Source: Gammaproteobacteria bacterium | Lineage (GTDB): Bacteria; Pseudomonadota; Gammaproteobacteria; SZUA-140 | DNA: 64,000 nucleotides | Direction of reading: 5' to 3' | Assembly (NCBI GenBank): GCA_015488555.1 | Contig: WFNO01000086.1 | Coordinates: 467 to 64,466 of the forward strand | Part shown: piece after piece, positions 51,488 through 61,392 of the stretch | How positions within the stretch are numbered: position 1 is the first letter of the stretch | How the letters are laid out: the number at the start of each line of letters is the position of its first letter | Made by a program: the position numbers and the translations under genes | Notes under the pieces: generated by a model | Told to the model about the DNA's origin: nothing | The model's input: only the letters and a program-made list of their open reading frames with translations | Database searches by the model: none

Positions 51488-52171
51488 GTGCGCGTACTCA
51501 CGGTCTACCGCCGCTTGTACGCCTGTCACGGGCCCCAGCACTGGTGGCCCGGTGACGGGCCCTTCGAGATCATGGTGGGGGCGGTGTTGACCCAGAATAC
51601 GGCCTGGAGCAACGTGGAGCGGGCCATCGCCAACCTGAAAGCGGCCGCCTGCCTGGAGCCCGAGGCCATCGCCACATGTGATCTCCGGCATCTGGGAGCA
51701 TTGTTGCGGCCCGCCGGCTATTTCAACGTCAAGGCCCGGCGCCTGCAGCATTTCTGCCGCTGGTATCTGGAGCAGGGGGGATACGAACGCCTGCGCCGCT
51801 GGCCCACCGCCCGCTTGCGGTTCGCCCTGCTGGGCGTGCACGGCATCGGCCCCGAGACCGCAGACGACATCCTGCTCTACGCCTTCGGGCGCCCCGTGTT
51901 CGTCGTCGATGCCTATACCCGGCGCCTGGCCGCACGCCTGGGGCTGGTGGCCGGAGATCTTTCCTACGAGGCCTTGCGGGCGTATTTCGAACAGGCCCTG
52001 CGCCGCGAGACCGGCTACGAGGACCGGCCCGGGACGGCCGGGCGCCGGCGTCTGGTGCGGCTGTACAACGAATATCATGCCCTTATCGTCGCCCACAGCA
52101 AGTCGGTGTGCCGGCCGCGACCACGTTGCAGCGTCTGCTGCCTGGCACGCCATTGTCCAGCGGTGTCTTGA
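51488..52171 (+). CDS. HhH-GPD base-excision DNA glycosylase, endonuclease III-related, with 4Fe-4S cluster loop
   Basis: GTG start 5 nt after the rluB stop. HhH-GPD motif (LLGVHGIGPETADDILLY) and C-terminal CX6CX2CX5C (CRPRPRCSVCCLARHC). Confidence 0.7.
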   Translation: MRVLTVYRRLYACHGPQHWWPGDGPFEIMVGAVLTQNTAWSNVERAIANLKAAACLEPEAIATCDLRHLGALLRPAGYFNVKARRLQHFCRWYLEQGGYERLRRWPTARLRFALLGVHGIGPETADDILLYAFGRPVFVVDAYTRRLAARLGLVAGDLSYEALRAYFEQALRRETGYEDRPGTAGRRRLVRLYNEYHALIVAHSKSVCRPRPRCSVCCLARHCPAVS

Positions 52172-52235
52172 ATGAGGCCTTATCAACATTTGGTATAAAT
52201 GCCCTCCTGAGGACGATTTGTGCTTTAATGCTGCC

Positions 52236-53483
52236 ATGTTCAAGCCACTGCCCTTGTTCATCGGCCTGCGTTACACCCGTGCCCGGCGCCGTAATCACTT
52301 CATTTCTTTTCATTCACTGGTTTCCTTCCTGGGGATCGCCTTGGGCGTGGTGGCTCTCATCACGGTGATCTCCGTGATGAACGGTTTCGAGAAGGAACTG
52401 CGCCAGCGTATCCTGGGCGTGATCTCCCATGCCACGGTGAGCGGAGGTCCCGCCGGCCTTCCGGACTGGCAGGATCTAGTGCGGCGCCTGGAGCGGGAGG
52501 CGGGAGTACTGGGAGCGGCCCCCTTCATTCGCGGAGAGGGCATGCTGAGCAACGGCGCGCGCGTGGCCGGCACGGTCCTGCGCGGCGTGTTACCCGCCGC
52601 CGAACGCCGGATCTCCGACCTGGAGGACAAGATGCTGGTGGGGCGCCTGGAGGACCTGCGTCCCGGCTTGTTCGGCATCGTCCTGGGCAGCGAGCTGGCC
52701 CTGATGCTGGGGGTGGACGTGGGCGACAAGATCACACTCATCGTGCCCCAGGCCAGCGTCACGCCGGTGGGGGTCTTTCCGCGCATGAGGCGCTTTACCG
52801 TGACGGGTATCTTTGAAGTGGGCATGTACGAGTACGACAGCGCCTTCGCCCTGGTACACCTGCAGGATGCCGCCCGCCTGTTCCGCCTGGGCGATCGGGT
52901 CAGCGGCGTGCGCCTGCGCCTGGCGGACCTGTTCCAGGCACCTAGACTCGCTCAGCGTCTCTCCCTGCAACTACCGCCAGGCGTGCGCGTGCGGGACTGG
53001 ACCCAACAGCACGTGAACTTCTTTCGCGCCGTCAAGATGGAAAAGACGGTGATGTTCGTCATCCTCATGCTCATCGTGGCCGTGGCCGCCTTCAATTTGG
53101 TGTCTACTCTGGTGATGATGGTTACGGACAAGAACGGCGATATCGCCATCTTGCGCACCCTGGGACTAAGTCCAGCGGCCGTGTTGGCGATATTTCTCAT
53201 TCAAGGCGGGCTCATCGGCCTGGTGGGCGTGGCCCTGGGAGCGGCCGGCGGCGTGGCCCTGGCCCAGAATATCGAAGTAGTGGTCCCGGCGATCGAACGC
53301 TTGCTGGACATCCGCTTTCTCGCACCCGATGTCTACTACATTTCGGAGCTGCCCTCAGACCTACGCTGGCCCGACGTGTGGCGCATCACGGTGATCGCCT
53401 TCGGCCTGTGCCTGGTGGCCACGCTCTATCCGGCCTGGCGGGCGGCGCGCACCCGGCCGGTGGAGGCCTTGCGGTATGAATGA
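52236..53483 (+). CDS. Lipoprotein-releasing system transmembrane permease (LolC/LolE family; possibly a single LolF-type permease)
   Basis: FtsX-like/MacB-type four-TM permease with a large periplasmic loop. N-terminus [25 protein letters not shown] is typical of LolC/E. Confidence 0.85.
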   Translation: MFKPLPLFIGLRYTRARRRNHFISFHSLVSFLGIALGVVALITVISVMNGFEKELRQRILGVISHATVSGGPAGLPDWQDLVRRLEREAGVLGAAPFIRGEGMLSNGARVAGTVLRGVLPAAERRISDLEDKMLVGRLEDLRPGLFGIVLGSELALMLGVDVGDKITLIVPQASVTPVGVFPRMRRFTVTGIFEVGMYEYDSAFALVHLQDAARLFRLGDRVSGVRLRLADLFQAPRLAQRLSLQLPPGVRVRDWTQQHVNFFRAVKMEKTVMFVILMLIVAVAAFNLVSTLVMMVTDKNGDIAILRTLGLSPAAVLAIFLIQGGLIGLVGVALGAAGGVALAQNIEVVVPAIERLLDIRFLAPDVYYISELPSDLRWPDVWRITVIAFGLCLVATLYPAWRAARTRPVEALRYE

Positions 53484-54168
53484 CGCCGCAGTGGTCTTGC
53501 GTTGCCGGAGGCTCGCCAAGACCTACCGGGAAAGCGGGGATGTCGTGGAGATATTGCGGCGGGTAGATCTGGAGGTGCGGGAAGGGGAGCGAGTGGCGGT
53601 CATGGGCAGTTCGGGGGCCGGCAAGAGCACCCTGCTGCATATCCTGGGCGGTTTGGACGATCCCTGTGCAGGAGAGGTGTGGGTGGCCGGCCAGCGCATG
53701 GACCGGCTGGGTCCCGCCCAGCGCGGCCGCTTGCGCAACCGGGCCTTGGGTTTCGTCTACCAGTTCCATCACCTGTTGCCGGAATTCACTGCTCTGGAGA
53801 ACGTGGCCATGCCCTTGCTGATCCGGGGTGAGCCTGTGGCCCGCGCCCGGGCGCGGGCCCGCGAGCTGCTGGAACAGGTGGGACTGGGGGCACGCCTCAG
53901 GCACAAGCCTGGCGAGCTGTCGGGCGGGGAACGCCAGCGGGCCGCGGTGGCCCGTGCCCTGGTCACCGAGCCCCGTTGTGTGCTAGCGGACGAGCCGACC
54001 GGCAACCTGGACGAACGCAACGCCGGGCGTATCTACGAGCTGATGCTGGAACTCAACGCCCGTTACCGAACCAGCTTTCTGGTGGTGACCCACGAGCGGA
54101 AGCTGGCACAGCACATGGATCGGGTGCTGGTGCTGGAGGGCGGGATACTGAAGGCGGCGGTGCCATAG
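53476..54168 (+). CDS. lolD: Lipoprotein-releasing system ATP-binding protein
   Basis: Walker A (GSSGAGKST), LSGGERQR and Walker B; overlaps the permease gene by 8 nt. Confidence 0.9.
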   Translation: MNDAAVVLRCRRLAKTYRESGDVVEILRRVDLEVREGERVAVMGSSGAGKSTLLHILGGLDDPCAGEVWVAGQRMDRLGPAQRGRLRNRALGFVYQFHHLLPEFTALENVAMPLLIRGEPVARARARARELLEQVGLGARLRHKPGELSGGERQRAAVARALVTEPRCVLADEPTGNLDERNAGRIYELMLELNARYRTSFLVVTHERKLAQHMDRVLVLEGGILKAAVP

Positions 54169-54189
54169 AGGTACCCGACCCGGCGCTAT

Positions 54190-54831
54190 TTAATCGATCC
54201 TGCCAGTGGCTTTGCCGGTGATCTTGCCAGTGATTTCTCTGGACTCGCGATCTTCCTGCAAGATGCCCGCGGGGGTCGGGGTGTCCGTTTCTCTTTCCAT
54301 GCGGTCTTCCCGCCGCTGCCTCCGGCGTTCCCTGCGGAGTTGCCAGTGCTTGCGCACCGACAGGCGCCAGAAAGTGCGGATGAACAGATTGCCCCCCAGG
54401 GCGGCGAGGGTGCCGAACAAGAAGCATCCGAGCAGGAAGGGTTGCCAGATCTGGGCCAGTTGGCTCGCCAGCCAGTCGAAGCTCAGTTCGAAACTGACAT
54501 CCTCTAGGGGTTGATTTAAGATCAGGGCGCCGGTCTTGTAGGCGAGATAGAAGATCGGCCCCATGGTGACGGGGTTGGTGATCCAGACCAGGGCCACGGA
54601 GATGGGCAGATTGACGCGCAGGGCGATGGCGGCGCCGGCGGCCAGGACCATCTGGAAGGGCACGGGGACGAAGGCCATGAACAGGCCCACGGAGAAGGCA
54701 CCGGGCACGGAGCGCCGGTTGAGGTGCCACAGATTGGGGTCGTGGAGCAGTCTGCCGAACCATCGCAGGTGTCTGTGTTGCCGGATCGTGTCGTGATCGG
54801 GCAGGTAGCGTTTCAATAATCGTTTTGGCAT
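54190..54831 (-). CDS. DUF2062-like membrane protein
   Basis: N-terminus (MPKRLLKRYLPDHDTIRQHR) and TM helices are typical of DUF2062 proteins found between lol and comEC in pseudomonads. Arg-rich C-terminus. Confidence 0.6.
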   Translation of the reverse strand: MPKRLLKRYLPDHDTIRQHRHLRWFGRLLHDPNLWHLNRRSVPGAFSVGLFMAFVPVPFQMVLAAGAAIALRVNLPISVALVWITNPVTMGPIFYLAYKTGALILNQPLEDVSFELSFDWLASQLAQIWQPFLLGCFLFGTLAALGGNLFIRTFWRLSVRKHWQLRRERRRQRREDRMERETDTPTPAGILQEDRESREITGKITGKATGRID

Positions 54832-54885
54832 CCGCGCGTCTCTTCCAGCCCCACATTATCCCTGATCGGAAAGGAATCCGGAAAC

Positions 54886-57249
54886 ATGAGACAGGGAATG
54901 TTTGTCTTTCTCGGCGGCATCCTGCTGGTGCAGGGCTTGCCGCAGCTGCCCCTGCAAGAGACGGTGCGCTGGAGCAGCGCCTGGGCGCTTATTCTGCTGG
55001 GGATCATTCTTCTGCTGATCATACGGGTTTCACCGCTTTGGCGATTGCCGCTGTGGTTCGCCGCCGGCTCACTGTGGGCCCTGTGGCATGCCGGCACCGG
55101 ATTGGCCACCGCCTTGCCGCCCGCTTTGGAGGGCCGGGACCTGCGGGTGACGGGCGTGATCGAGGGCATTCCCCGCCGATCGGAAGACGGCGTGCGTTTC
55201 TTCTTGCGCGTGGAGCGTTTCGAGGACGCGCCGGGTTTTACCGATCTGCCACAGCGGTTGCGACTGAGCTGGTATGGCCGCCGGGTGCCCGCGCTGGTGG
55301 CGGGGGAGCGGTGGCGTTTCACGGTACGCCTGAAGCGGCCGCGGGGGTTCATGAATCCCGGCGGCTTCGACTACGAGGGCTGGCTGTTCCGCCAGGGCGT
55401 GCGGGCCACGGGCTACGTGCGCGCCGGCGCCGGTCACGAGCGGCTCGCTCCGCCGCCTTCTTGGCCAGTATCCTCCTGGTCCCTCCGGTGGTCTCTGGAT
55501 CGCCTGCGCCAGGCCCTCTACCGGGAGATCGACACCCGCCTGGCGGGGTGGGAGCTGCGCGGTCTGGTGGCGGCCCTGGCCATGGGCGAGCGCCAGGGCA
55601 TCCAGGAACATCATTGGCAGGTGCTGCGCGGTACCGGCACCACCCACTTGATGGCCATTTCGGGCCTGCACGTAGGGATGGTGGCCGGCCTGGCCTTCTG
55701 GCTGGTGCGCTGGGGCTGGAGCCGCGTGCCGGCCTTGAGCCTGTACCTGGCGGCGCCGCGCGCCGCCGCCGTGGCAGCCCTCCTGGCTGCCGGAGTCTAC
55801 GCCGCCCTGGCGGGGTTCTCCGTGCCCACGCAACGGGCCCTGATCATGGTGGGCGTGGCCATGGTGTCCTGGTTTTTCCAGACCCGGTGGCGCCCCGGGG
55901 ACGTTCTGGCTCTGGCCCTGTGGGGCGTCCTGTGGTGGGATCCCCTGTCGGTTTTGTCCGCTGGCCTGTGGCTCTCTTTTGCCGCCGTGGCCGGAATCCT
56001 CTTCGCCATGGGCGGGCGCCCCGCCGCACGCGGCGCCTGGTGGCGCTGGGGGCGCCTGCATTGGGTGGCGGCCCTGGGGGTGGCGCCCTTGTCCCTGTGG
56101 TTCTTTCACCAGCAGGCCCTGGCGGCGCCGCTGGCCAATTTCCTCGCCGTGCCCTGGGTGGGCCTGCTGGTGGTGCCCTGTGCCTTGCTGGGCGCCGTGT
56201 TGTTGCCCTTGTGGCCTGCGGCGGGCGAGGTCCTGCTCCAGGCCGCTGTCCTGTGCCTGTCCGGGTTGTGGCCCGTGCTGGAGGCGATGGCCGCCTGGCC
56301 GGGTGCGCAGTGGTTCCACGCCCCGCCCGCCTGGGGCCTGGCCGTGGCGGTGGTGGCGGTATTGTTGTGCCTGGCGCCGCGCGGCCTGCCGGGGCGCTGG
56401 TTGGGTGTGCTGGGCCTGTTGCCTCTGGTCCTGCCGCTGCAGCCGCGGCCCGCGGAGGGGGAATTGTGGTTCACCCTGCTGGACGTGGGCCAGGGGCTGG
56501 CGGCAGTGGCACAAACCCGCGAGCACGTGCTGGTGTACGACACCGGCCCGCGCTACAGCGATCGCTTCGACGCGGGATCGGCGGTGCTGGTGCCTTTCTT
56601 GCGCAGCCGCGGGATCAGGCGCGTGGATCTCCTGGTGCTGGGGCACGGGGACCGGGACCACAGCGGCGGGGCGGCCACCTTGCTGGCCGCGCTGCCGGTG
56701 GCGCGCATCCTGGCCAGTGCGCCCGCGCGCGTCCCGCCTGCGGCGGGGTGGGAGGGGCCGCCGCCGGCGCCCTGCAGGGCGGGCCAGCACTGGCGCTGGA
56801 ACGGCATCTCCTTCCACATGCTCCATCCACAACCTGTTTCCGACTTGCGGGGTAACGACGCCTCCTGCGTACTGCGCATCCGGGCGGGCCGCCACGCCGT
56901 GTTGTTGCCAGGCGACATCGAACGGCGGGGCGAACGGGCCCTGTTGCGGCACCACCGTGCCGGCCTGGCGTCACAGATCCTGGTGGTGCCCCATCATGGC
57001 AGCCGCACCTCTTCCACTCCGGCCTTCGTGGCCGCGGTGCGCCCGGACTACGCCCTCTTCGCGGTGGGTTATCGCAATCGCTACCGCTTGCCTGCGGCGG
57101 CCGTTGTACAGCGTTACCGCGCCCAGGGCAGCCGCCTGTTGGACAGCGCTCGCCACGGTGCCATGCACTTCCGGTTGGGCGGCACGGGCGAGCTGCCGGC
57201 CCCGCAACTGTACCGCAGCATGGCGCGCCGCTATTGGCATGGTGATTGA
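54886..57249 (+). CDS. comEC: DNA internalization-related competence protein ComEC/Rec2
   Basis: 787 aa with a polytopic competence domain and a C-terminal metallo-beta-lactamase domain (LVLGHGDRDHSGG, VPHHGS). Confidence 0.85.
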   Translation: MRQGMFVFLGGILLVQGLPQLPLQETVRWSSAWALILLGIILLLIIRVSPLWRLPLWFAAGSLWALWHAGTGLATALPPALEGRDLRVTGVIEGIPRRSEDGVRFFLRVERFEDAPGFTDLPQRLRLSWYGRRVPALVAGERWRFTVRLKRPRGFMNPGGFDYEGWLFRQGVRATGYVRAGAGHERLAPPPSWPVSSWSLRWSLDRLRQALYREIDTRLAGWELRGLVAALAMGERQGIQEHHWQVLRGTGTTHLMAISGLHVGMVAGLAFWLVRWGWSRVPALSLYLAAPRAAAVAALLAAGVYAALAGFSVPTQRALIMVGVAMVSWFFQTRWRPGDVLALALWGVLWWDPLSVLSAGLWLSFAAVAGILFAMGGRPAARGAWWRWGRLHWVAALGVAPLSLWFFHQQALAAPLANFLAVPWVGLLVVPCALLGAVLLPLWPAAGEVLLQAAVLCLSGLWPVLEAMAAWPGAQWFHAPPAWGLAVAVVAVLLCLAPRGLPGRWLGVLGLLPLVLPLQPRPAEGELWFTLLDVGQGLAAVAQTREHVLVYDTGPRYSDRFDAGSAVLVPFLRSRGIRRVDLLVLGHGDRDHSGGAATLLAALPVARILASAPARVPPAAGWEGPPPAPCRAGQHWRWNGISFHMLHPQPVSDLRGNDASCVLRIRAGRHAVLLPGDIERRGERALLRHHRAGLASQILVVPHHGSRTSSTPAFVAAVRPDYALFAVGYRNRYRLPAAAVVQRYRAQGSRLLDSARHGAMHFRLGGTGELPAPQLYRSMARRYWHGD

Positions 57250-57344
57250 ATGATGCTTGCAGTATCATTGAGCGCGATCGTTTGGGAGCGCGACCGTTTG
57301 GCGCGAACTCGACAATCCGACTAACGTAAGAGGGACGATTCCAG

Positions 57345-57983
57345 GTGTACGAACTCATCGCCGCCGGCGGCTGGTTGATGCTGCCCATCCTGTTGTGCTC
57401 CATCATCGCCCTGGCCATCGTCGTGGAGCGCTTCTGGTCCCTGCAGCGCAAGCGCATCTGTCCCGGACATCTCGTGAGCCAGATCTGGGAATGGGCGCAG
57501 AAGGGCGAGTTGGATGCCACCCGCATCTCCAGCCTGCGCAGCAGTTCGCCCCTGGGCCGTATCCTGGCCGCCGGTCTGATGAACATGCATCACGATCGCG
57601 AGATCATGAAGGAGAGCATCGAGGAGACCGGGCGCCACGTGGTGGCGGAACTGGAACGCTATCTGAACACCCTGGGTACCATCGCCTCCATCACACCCCT
57701 GCTGGGATTGCTGGGCACGGTGATCGGCATGATCAAGGTGTTCACCGCCATCACCACCGTGGGCGTGGGCAATCCCAGCGCCCTGGCGGGTGGCATCTCG
57801 GAGGCCCTGCTGACCACGGCGGCCGGCCTGTCCGTGGCCATTCCCAGCCTCATGTTCTATCGTTACTTCCGCGGCCGGGTGGATCAGTTGGTGATCGACA
57901 TGGAGCAGGAATCGCTCAAGCTGGTGGCCGTCATCCACGGTGACCGGGAGATGGACGAGTCCATGCGTCGGCGCGCGTCATGA
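57345..57983 (+). CDS. exbB: MotA/TolQ/ExbB proton-channel family protein
   Basis: Three-TM topology and the conserved [15 protein letters not shown] motif. Confidence 0.85.
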   Translation: MYELIAAGGWLMLPILLCSIIALAIVVERFWSLQRKRICPGHLVSQIWEWAQKGELDATRISSLRSSSPLGRILAAGLMNMHHDREIMKESIEETGRHVVAELERYLNTLGTIASITPLLGLLGTVIGMIKVFTAITTVGVGNPSALAGGISEALLTTAAGLSVAIPSLMFYRYFRGRVDQLVIDMEQESLKLVAVIHGDREMDESMRRRAS

Positions 57984-58396
57984 AGTTCCGCCACACCATC
58001 CGCCAGGACCCCGACATCAATCTCACGCCCTTGATCGACGTGGTGTTCCTGCTGCTGATCTTTTTCATGGTGTCCACCACTTTCACCAAGGAGTCGGCCA
58101 TCACCGTGGACCTGCCCGAGGCGACGGTCGAGGCGCCGCCGGAACAGGAACCGCCGCTGGAGGTTCTCATCGACGCCCAGGGGCGGTTCTACGTGAATCA
58201 GAAGGCTCTGGTGAACAAGCAAATGGAGACCCTGGTACGGGCCCTGCGCCAGGCCATCGGCGAGGGTCCGCCACCACCCCTGGTGATCAGCGCCGATGCC
58301 CAGACGCCTCACCAGTACGTGGTGACCGCCATGGACGCGGCCCGCCATGCGGGCATCGAGCGCCTGTCCCTGGCCACCAAACAGAAACAAGACTGA
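57980..58396 (+). CDS. exbD: ExbD/TolR family protein
   Basis: N-terminal [19 protein letters not shown] motif. Overlaps the exbB stop by 4 nt. Confidence 0.85.
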   Translation: MKFRHTIRQDPDINLTPLIDVVFLLLIFFMVSTTFTKESAITVDLPEATVEAPPEQEPPLEVLIDAQGRFYVNQKALVNKQMETLVRALRQAIGEGPPPPLVISADAQTPHQYVVTAMDAARHAGIERLSLATKQKQD

Positions 58397-58422
58397 ACGA
58401 ACGACTGCACAGGAATCCGCCC

Positions 58423-58605
58423 ATGGACAAGAAGCTGCTGGACATTCTCGCTTGCCCCCTCTGCAAGGGGCCGCTGGTGTACCGAAAAGAGGCCCAGGAA
58501 CTGGTGTGCAAGGTGGACCGCCTGGCCTATCCCATCCGGGACGACATCCCGGTGATGCTGGAGGACGAGGCCCGGCGCCTGCCCCCGGACGAGGAGATCG
58601 AGTGA
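58423..58605 (+). CDS. ycaR: Trm112/YcaR family small protein (UPF0434)
   Basis: 60 aa with the [14 protein letters not shown] zinc-ribbon-like motif. Confidence 0.75.
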   Translation: MDKKLLDILACPLCKGPLVYRKEAQELVCKVDRLAYPIRDDIPVMLEDEARRLPPDEEIE

Positions 58606-59360
58606 GCTTCGTGGTGGTGATTCCGGCCCGCTATGGGGCCACGCGCCTGCCGGGCAAGCCCCTGCGGCTGCTCGCCGGCCGTCCTCTGATTCAACTCGTC
58701 TATGAGAAGGCCACGGCCAGCGGCGCGCGCGAAATACTCGTGGCCACGGACGATGCCCGCATCGCCGAGGTGGTGACCGCCTTCGGTGGCCGGGCCTTGC
58801 TCACGGCCCGGGAGCATGCCTCGGGGACCGACCGCTTGGCGGAGGTGGTGGAGCGACTGGGTTTCGAGGAGGAAGACATCGTGGTCAATCTGCAAGGCGA
58901 TGAACCCTTGATGCCTCCGGCGCTCATCGAGCAGGTGGCTGCGGACCTGGCGGCGCACGAGACTGCCGCCGTGAGCACCGCGTGCACGCCCGTCACCACC
59001 ACCGCCGAGTTGTTCGACCCGCACGTGGTGAAGGTGGTCTGCGATGCCGCGGGTTTCGCCCTCTATTTCAGCCGCGCGCCCATTCCTTGGGATCGCGAGG
59101 CCTTCGCCGTGACCACCGAACGCCTGCCGGAGACGGAGATGTATCACCGCCACATCGGCCTGTATGCCTATCGGGCGGGATTCTTGCGCGAGTACGTGCG
59201 CTGGCCGGCCTGCGATCTGGAGCGGTGCGAATGCCTGGAACAGTTGCGGGTCCTGTGGCACGGGCGCCGCATCCACGTGGTGCAGGCCTGCGAGGTGCCC
59301 GGGCCGGGGGTGGATACCGAAGAGGATCTGGAACGGGTGGAACGCCTGCTGGCGGCCTGA
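58602..59360 (+). CDS. kdsB: 3-deoxy-manno-octulosonate cytidylyltransferase
   Basis: GTG start overlaps the ycaR stop (GTGA). [17 protein letters not shown]... is the KdsB N-terminus; full-length alignment. Confidence 0.9.
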   Translation: MSFVVVIPARYGATRLPGKPLRLLAGRPLIQLVYEKATASGAREILVATDDARIAEVVTAFGGRALLTAREHASGTDRLAEVVERLGFEEEDIVVNLQGDEPLMPPALIEQVAADLAAHETAAVSTACTPVTTTAELFDPHVVKVVCDAAGFALYFSRAPIPWDREAFAVTTERLPETEMYHRHIGLYAYRAGFLREYVRWPACDLERCECLEQLRVLWHGRRIHVVQACEVPGPGVDTEEDLERVERLLAA

Positions 59361-59416
59361 CGGTAACGGTGCAGGCGGAGGCGGCGGACAAGGTCTTCCG
59401 CAGCCCGATATACCGC

Positions 59417-59749
59417 TCAGCTCACCAGGCTGTCCGCGGGGATGGACTCCGGCCTCTCTTCCACCAGCTCCAGGCCCACACCCTCGAGATCGGCGCTGCC
59501 GTCCTCCGCGGCGGGGATGGGCAGGGTGAGGGTGGGCGGCACGCGCCGGTGCGCCTCGCCGTGCTGGTCGGCCTGGATGGTGGTGTGGGCCCCGCATTCA
59601 CGGAGTACCAGGGAGGGGACGTCCTCCAGGACTTCGATGATTTCGTACGAACGGCCCTGATAGCGGGCGCGCCTGCCGATGAAGGTGCGCATCTGGGCGA
59701 TGCGCATATCCGCACGTGGTGAATCCTGCACCGAATCGCTCGTCTTCAT
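59417..59749 (-). CDS. Hypothetical protein (orphan ORF between kdsB and ptpA)
   Basis: 110-aa ORF with strong GC3 bias consistent with host coding usage. No recognisable domain; uncertain. Confidence 0.35.
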   Translation of the reverse strand: MKTSDSVQDSPRADMRIAQMRTFIGRRARYQGRSYEIIEVLEDVPSLVLRECGAHTTIQADQHGEAHRRVPPTLTLPIPAAEDGSADLEGVGLELVEERPESIPADSLVS

Positions 59750-59863
59750 GCGTCATCCTCCCTCGCGTTTTGCAGGGCTTTCCCGGCGATCCCCCGCCCG
59801 CCGAGCGGCACGTCTCATTGAGCTTAGCGCAAATCCCGCCAGCGCAAAACCGGCGCGGAGAAA

Positions 59864-59910
59864 AATCAATGGGGTCGGAGTAACGACTCCGACCCCATTG
59901 ATTTTTTGTT
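59864..59910. terminator. Strong bidirectional intrinsic terminator (18-bp perfect stem AATCAATGGGGTCGGAGT / ACTCCGACCCCATTGATT, 4-nt loop, flanked by A5 and T6)
   Basis: Perfect inverted repeat read directly from the sequence. The A-run upstream and T-run downstream allow termination in both directions. Confidence 0.7.
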
Positions 59911-59914
59911 TGCG

Positions 59915-59942
59915 TTGCTTCGCGGGCCCATCGGGGTATAAT
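59915..59942 (+). promoter_or_regulatory. Candidate sigma-70 promoter for ptpA (TTGCTT-N16-TATAAT)
   Basis: -35 at 59915-59920, -10 TATAAT at 59937-59942, about 35 nt upstream of the ptpA start; an AAGGAG RBS lies at 59958. Confidence 0.4.
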
Positions 59943-59975
59943 CGGGGCCGGATTCACAAGGAGTAGGGTAAGAAT

Positions 59976-60482
59976 TTGAACGAGAATGGAAAAATAAAGA
60001 TCCTGTTCGTCTGCATGGGCAACATCTGCCGTTCGCCCACGGCCGAGGGTCTGTTCCGGCAGTTGCTGGTGCAGCACCGGTTGCAGGACCAGGTCCTGGT
60101 GGATTCGGCCGGCACGCATGCCTACCACGTGGGCAACCCGCCCGATCCGCGGGCTCAGGAAGCGGCCCGGCGCCGCGGAGTCGATCTCAGCGCGCTGCGC
60201 GCCCGGCAGGTTTGCCTGGAGGATTTCGCCATATTCGATTACATCCTGGCCATGGACGAGGACAATCTGGCGCATCTGCGCGCCTTGTGCCCGCCGGCCC
60301 AGGAACACAAACTCTCTTTGTTGCTCAACCATGCACCGGCCTTGGGTCTCCGGGAGGTGCCCGATCCCTACTACGGGGGCAGTACCGGGTTCGAACGCGT
60401 ATTGGACATGATCGAGATGGCCTGCATGGGCCTGCTCGAATTCCTGCGCGACCGGCATTTGCAGCGCCGGACCACGGCTTGA
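59976..60482 (+). CDS. ptpA: Low-molecular-weight protein-tyrosine phosphatase
   Basis: P-loop CX5R(S) motif (CMGNICRS) near the N-terminus and a DPYY motif. TTG start. Conserved position after kdsB, as in Pseudomonas. Confidence 0.85.
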   Translation: MNENGKIKILFVCMGNICRSPTAEGLFRQLLVQHRLQDQVLVDSAGTHAYHVGNPPDPRAQEAARRRGVDLSALRARQVCLEDFAIFDYILAMDEDNLAHLRALCPPAQEHKLSLLLNHAPALGLREVPDPYYGGSTGFERVLDMIEMACMGLLEFLRDRHLQRRTTA

Positions 60483-60598
60483 TCCTTGTGCGGCGGCGCG
60501 CCGGGACGGGTTTCATTCCATAAAGTTTCCTGTATCGGATCACGATACAAGGGTGGGGTGCTTGATCCCCGTTTCCAGATCTTGATTTCGGAGTCTTC

Positions 60599-61093
60599 GT
60601 GGAAGAAACGCCGTATCTCACCGGCCGCGCGCATCTCATCGAGCGCTATGGCTATCTGCCCCTGTTGGGTTGTGAGCAGCCCGACTATCTCGAACGCCTG
60701 CTGGCCATCAGCCGCCTGCGCAAGTTCCAGCCGGGGGAAGTGATCGCCATCGAAGGCGAATACGATCATTGGGCCTACATCCTGCTGGACGGTGAAGTGT
60801 GTGTGCTCAAGCAGGAGCAGGAACTGGCCCGCCTGAACGAGCCGGGGACCACGTTCGGAGAGCAGGTGCTCATCGACCTCGAACCCCGTTCCGCCACCGT
60901 GGAAGCGGTGGCCGAGACCCTGTGCCTGGCCATCGACGGCGCCCAGGTGCAGCACCTGCCGCGGGCCGAACGGGACGCCTTCTGCGCCGTTTTCTTCCGG
61001 CTGCTGGCCGAGTCCCTGTCCGCGCGCCTGCGGGCCAGCAACGAAAAGATCCTGGAGTTGCAAGAGGCCTTGAACGAGGCCCTGACGCGCTAG
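60599..61093 (+). CDS. Stand-alone cyclic-nucleotide-binding (CAP-family cNMP) domain protein
   Basis: GTG start. The cNMP-binding signature (G..FGE...RSATV.A) is present. No DNA-binding or other output domain; C-terminal helix only. Confidence 0.7.
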   Translation: MEETPYLTGRAHLIERYGYLPLLGCEQPDYLERLLAISRLRKFQPGEVIAIEGEYDHWAYILLDGEVCVLKQEQELARLNEPGTTFGEQVLIDLEPRSATVEAVAETLCLAIDGAQVQHLPRAERDAFCAVFFRLLAESLSARLRASNEKILELQEALNEALTR

Positions 61094-61237
61094 CAGGCTG
61101 TTGAAATTCTACTCACGCGGCGCGATCCGGTGTTGAAAATGGCCTCGAAATGCTCATTTACCTATTTGTAAACTGCGCTTTCTCGGCCATTTTCGCCTTG
61201 TCTCGCCCTCGCCCGAGCGAATTTCAACAGCCTGCTA
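61091..61237. repeat. 147-bp element bounded by perfect 19-bp inverted repeats (TAGCAGGCTGTTGAAATTC ... GAATTTCAACAGCCTGCTA) with a nested 10-bp inverted repeat
   Basis: Direct inspection. The outer arms lie at 61091-61109 and 61219-61237; the inner pair GAAAATGGCC / GGCCATTTTC is at about 61135-61144 and 61185-61194. It begins at the stop codon of the cNMP-domain gene. Confidence 0.6.
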
Positions 61238-61392
61238 GTCCCCTTTCTTGAGTTCGTCCATCAAGAGATCTGCCCAAGTGGATCATGTAAAACCGCTTTG
61301 GGACGTACGGGCGGATCATTGTCCCCCTGTGGAAATGCAAGGAATCGTCGCGTGGCCAGAGGGCGAGGGGATTCGCGAGGCGCCCCACCGGT

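Noticed and set aside
55069-56955. 628-aa minus-strand ORF and several plus-strand alternative-frame ORFs inside comEC
   Set aside because: Overlap the conserved ComEC reading frame. The products are Arg/Pro/Gly-rich low-complexity sequences with no domain features.
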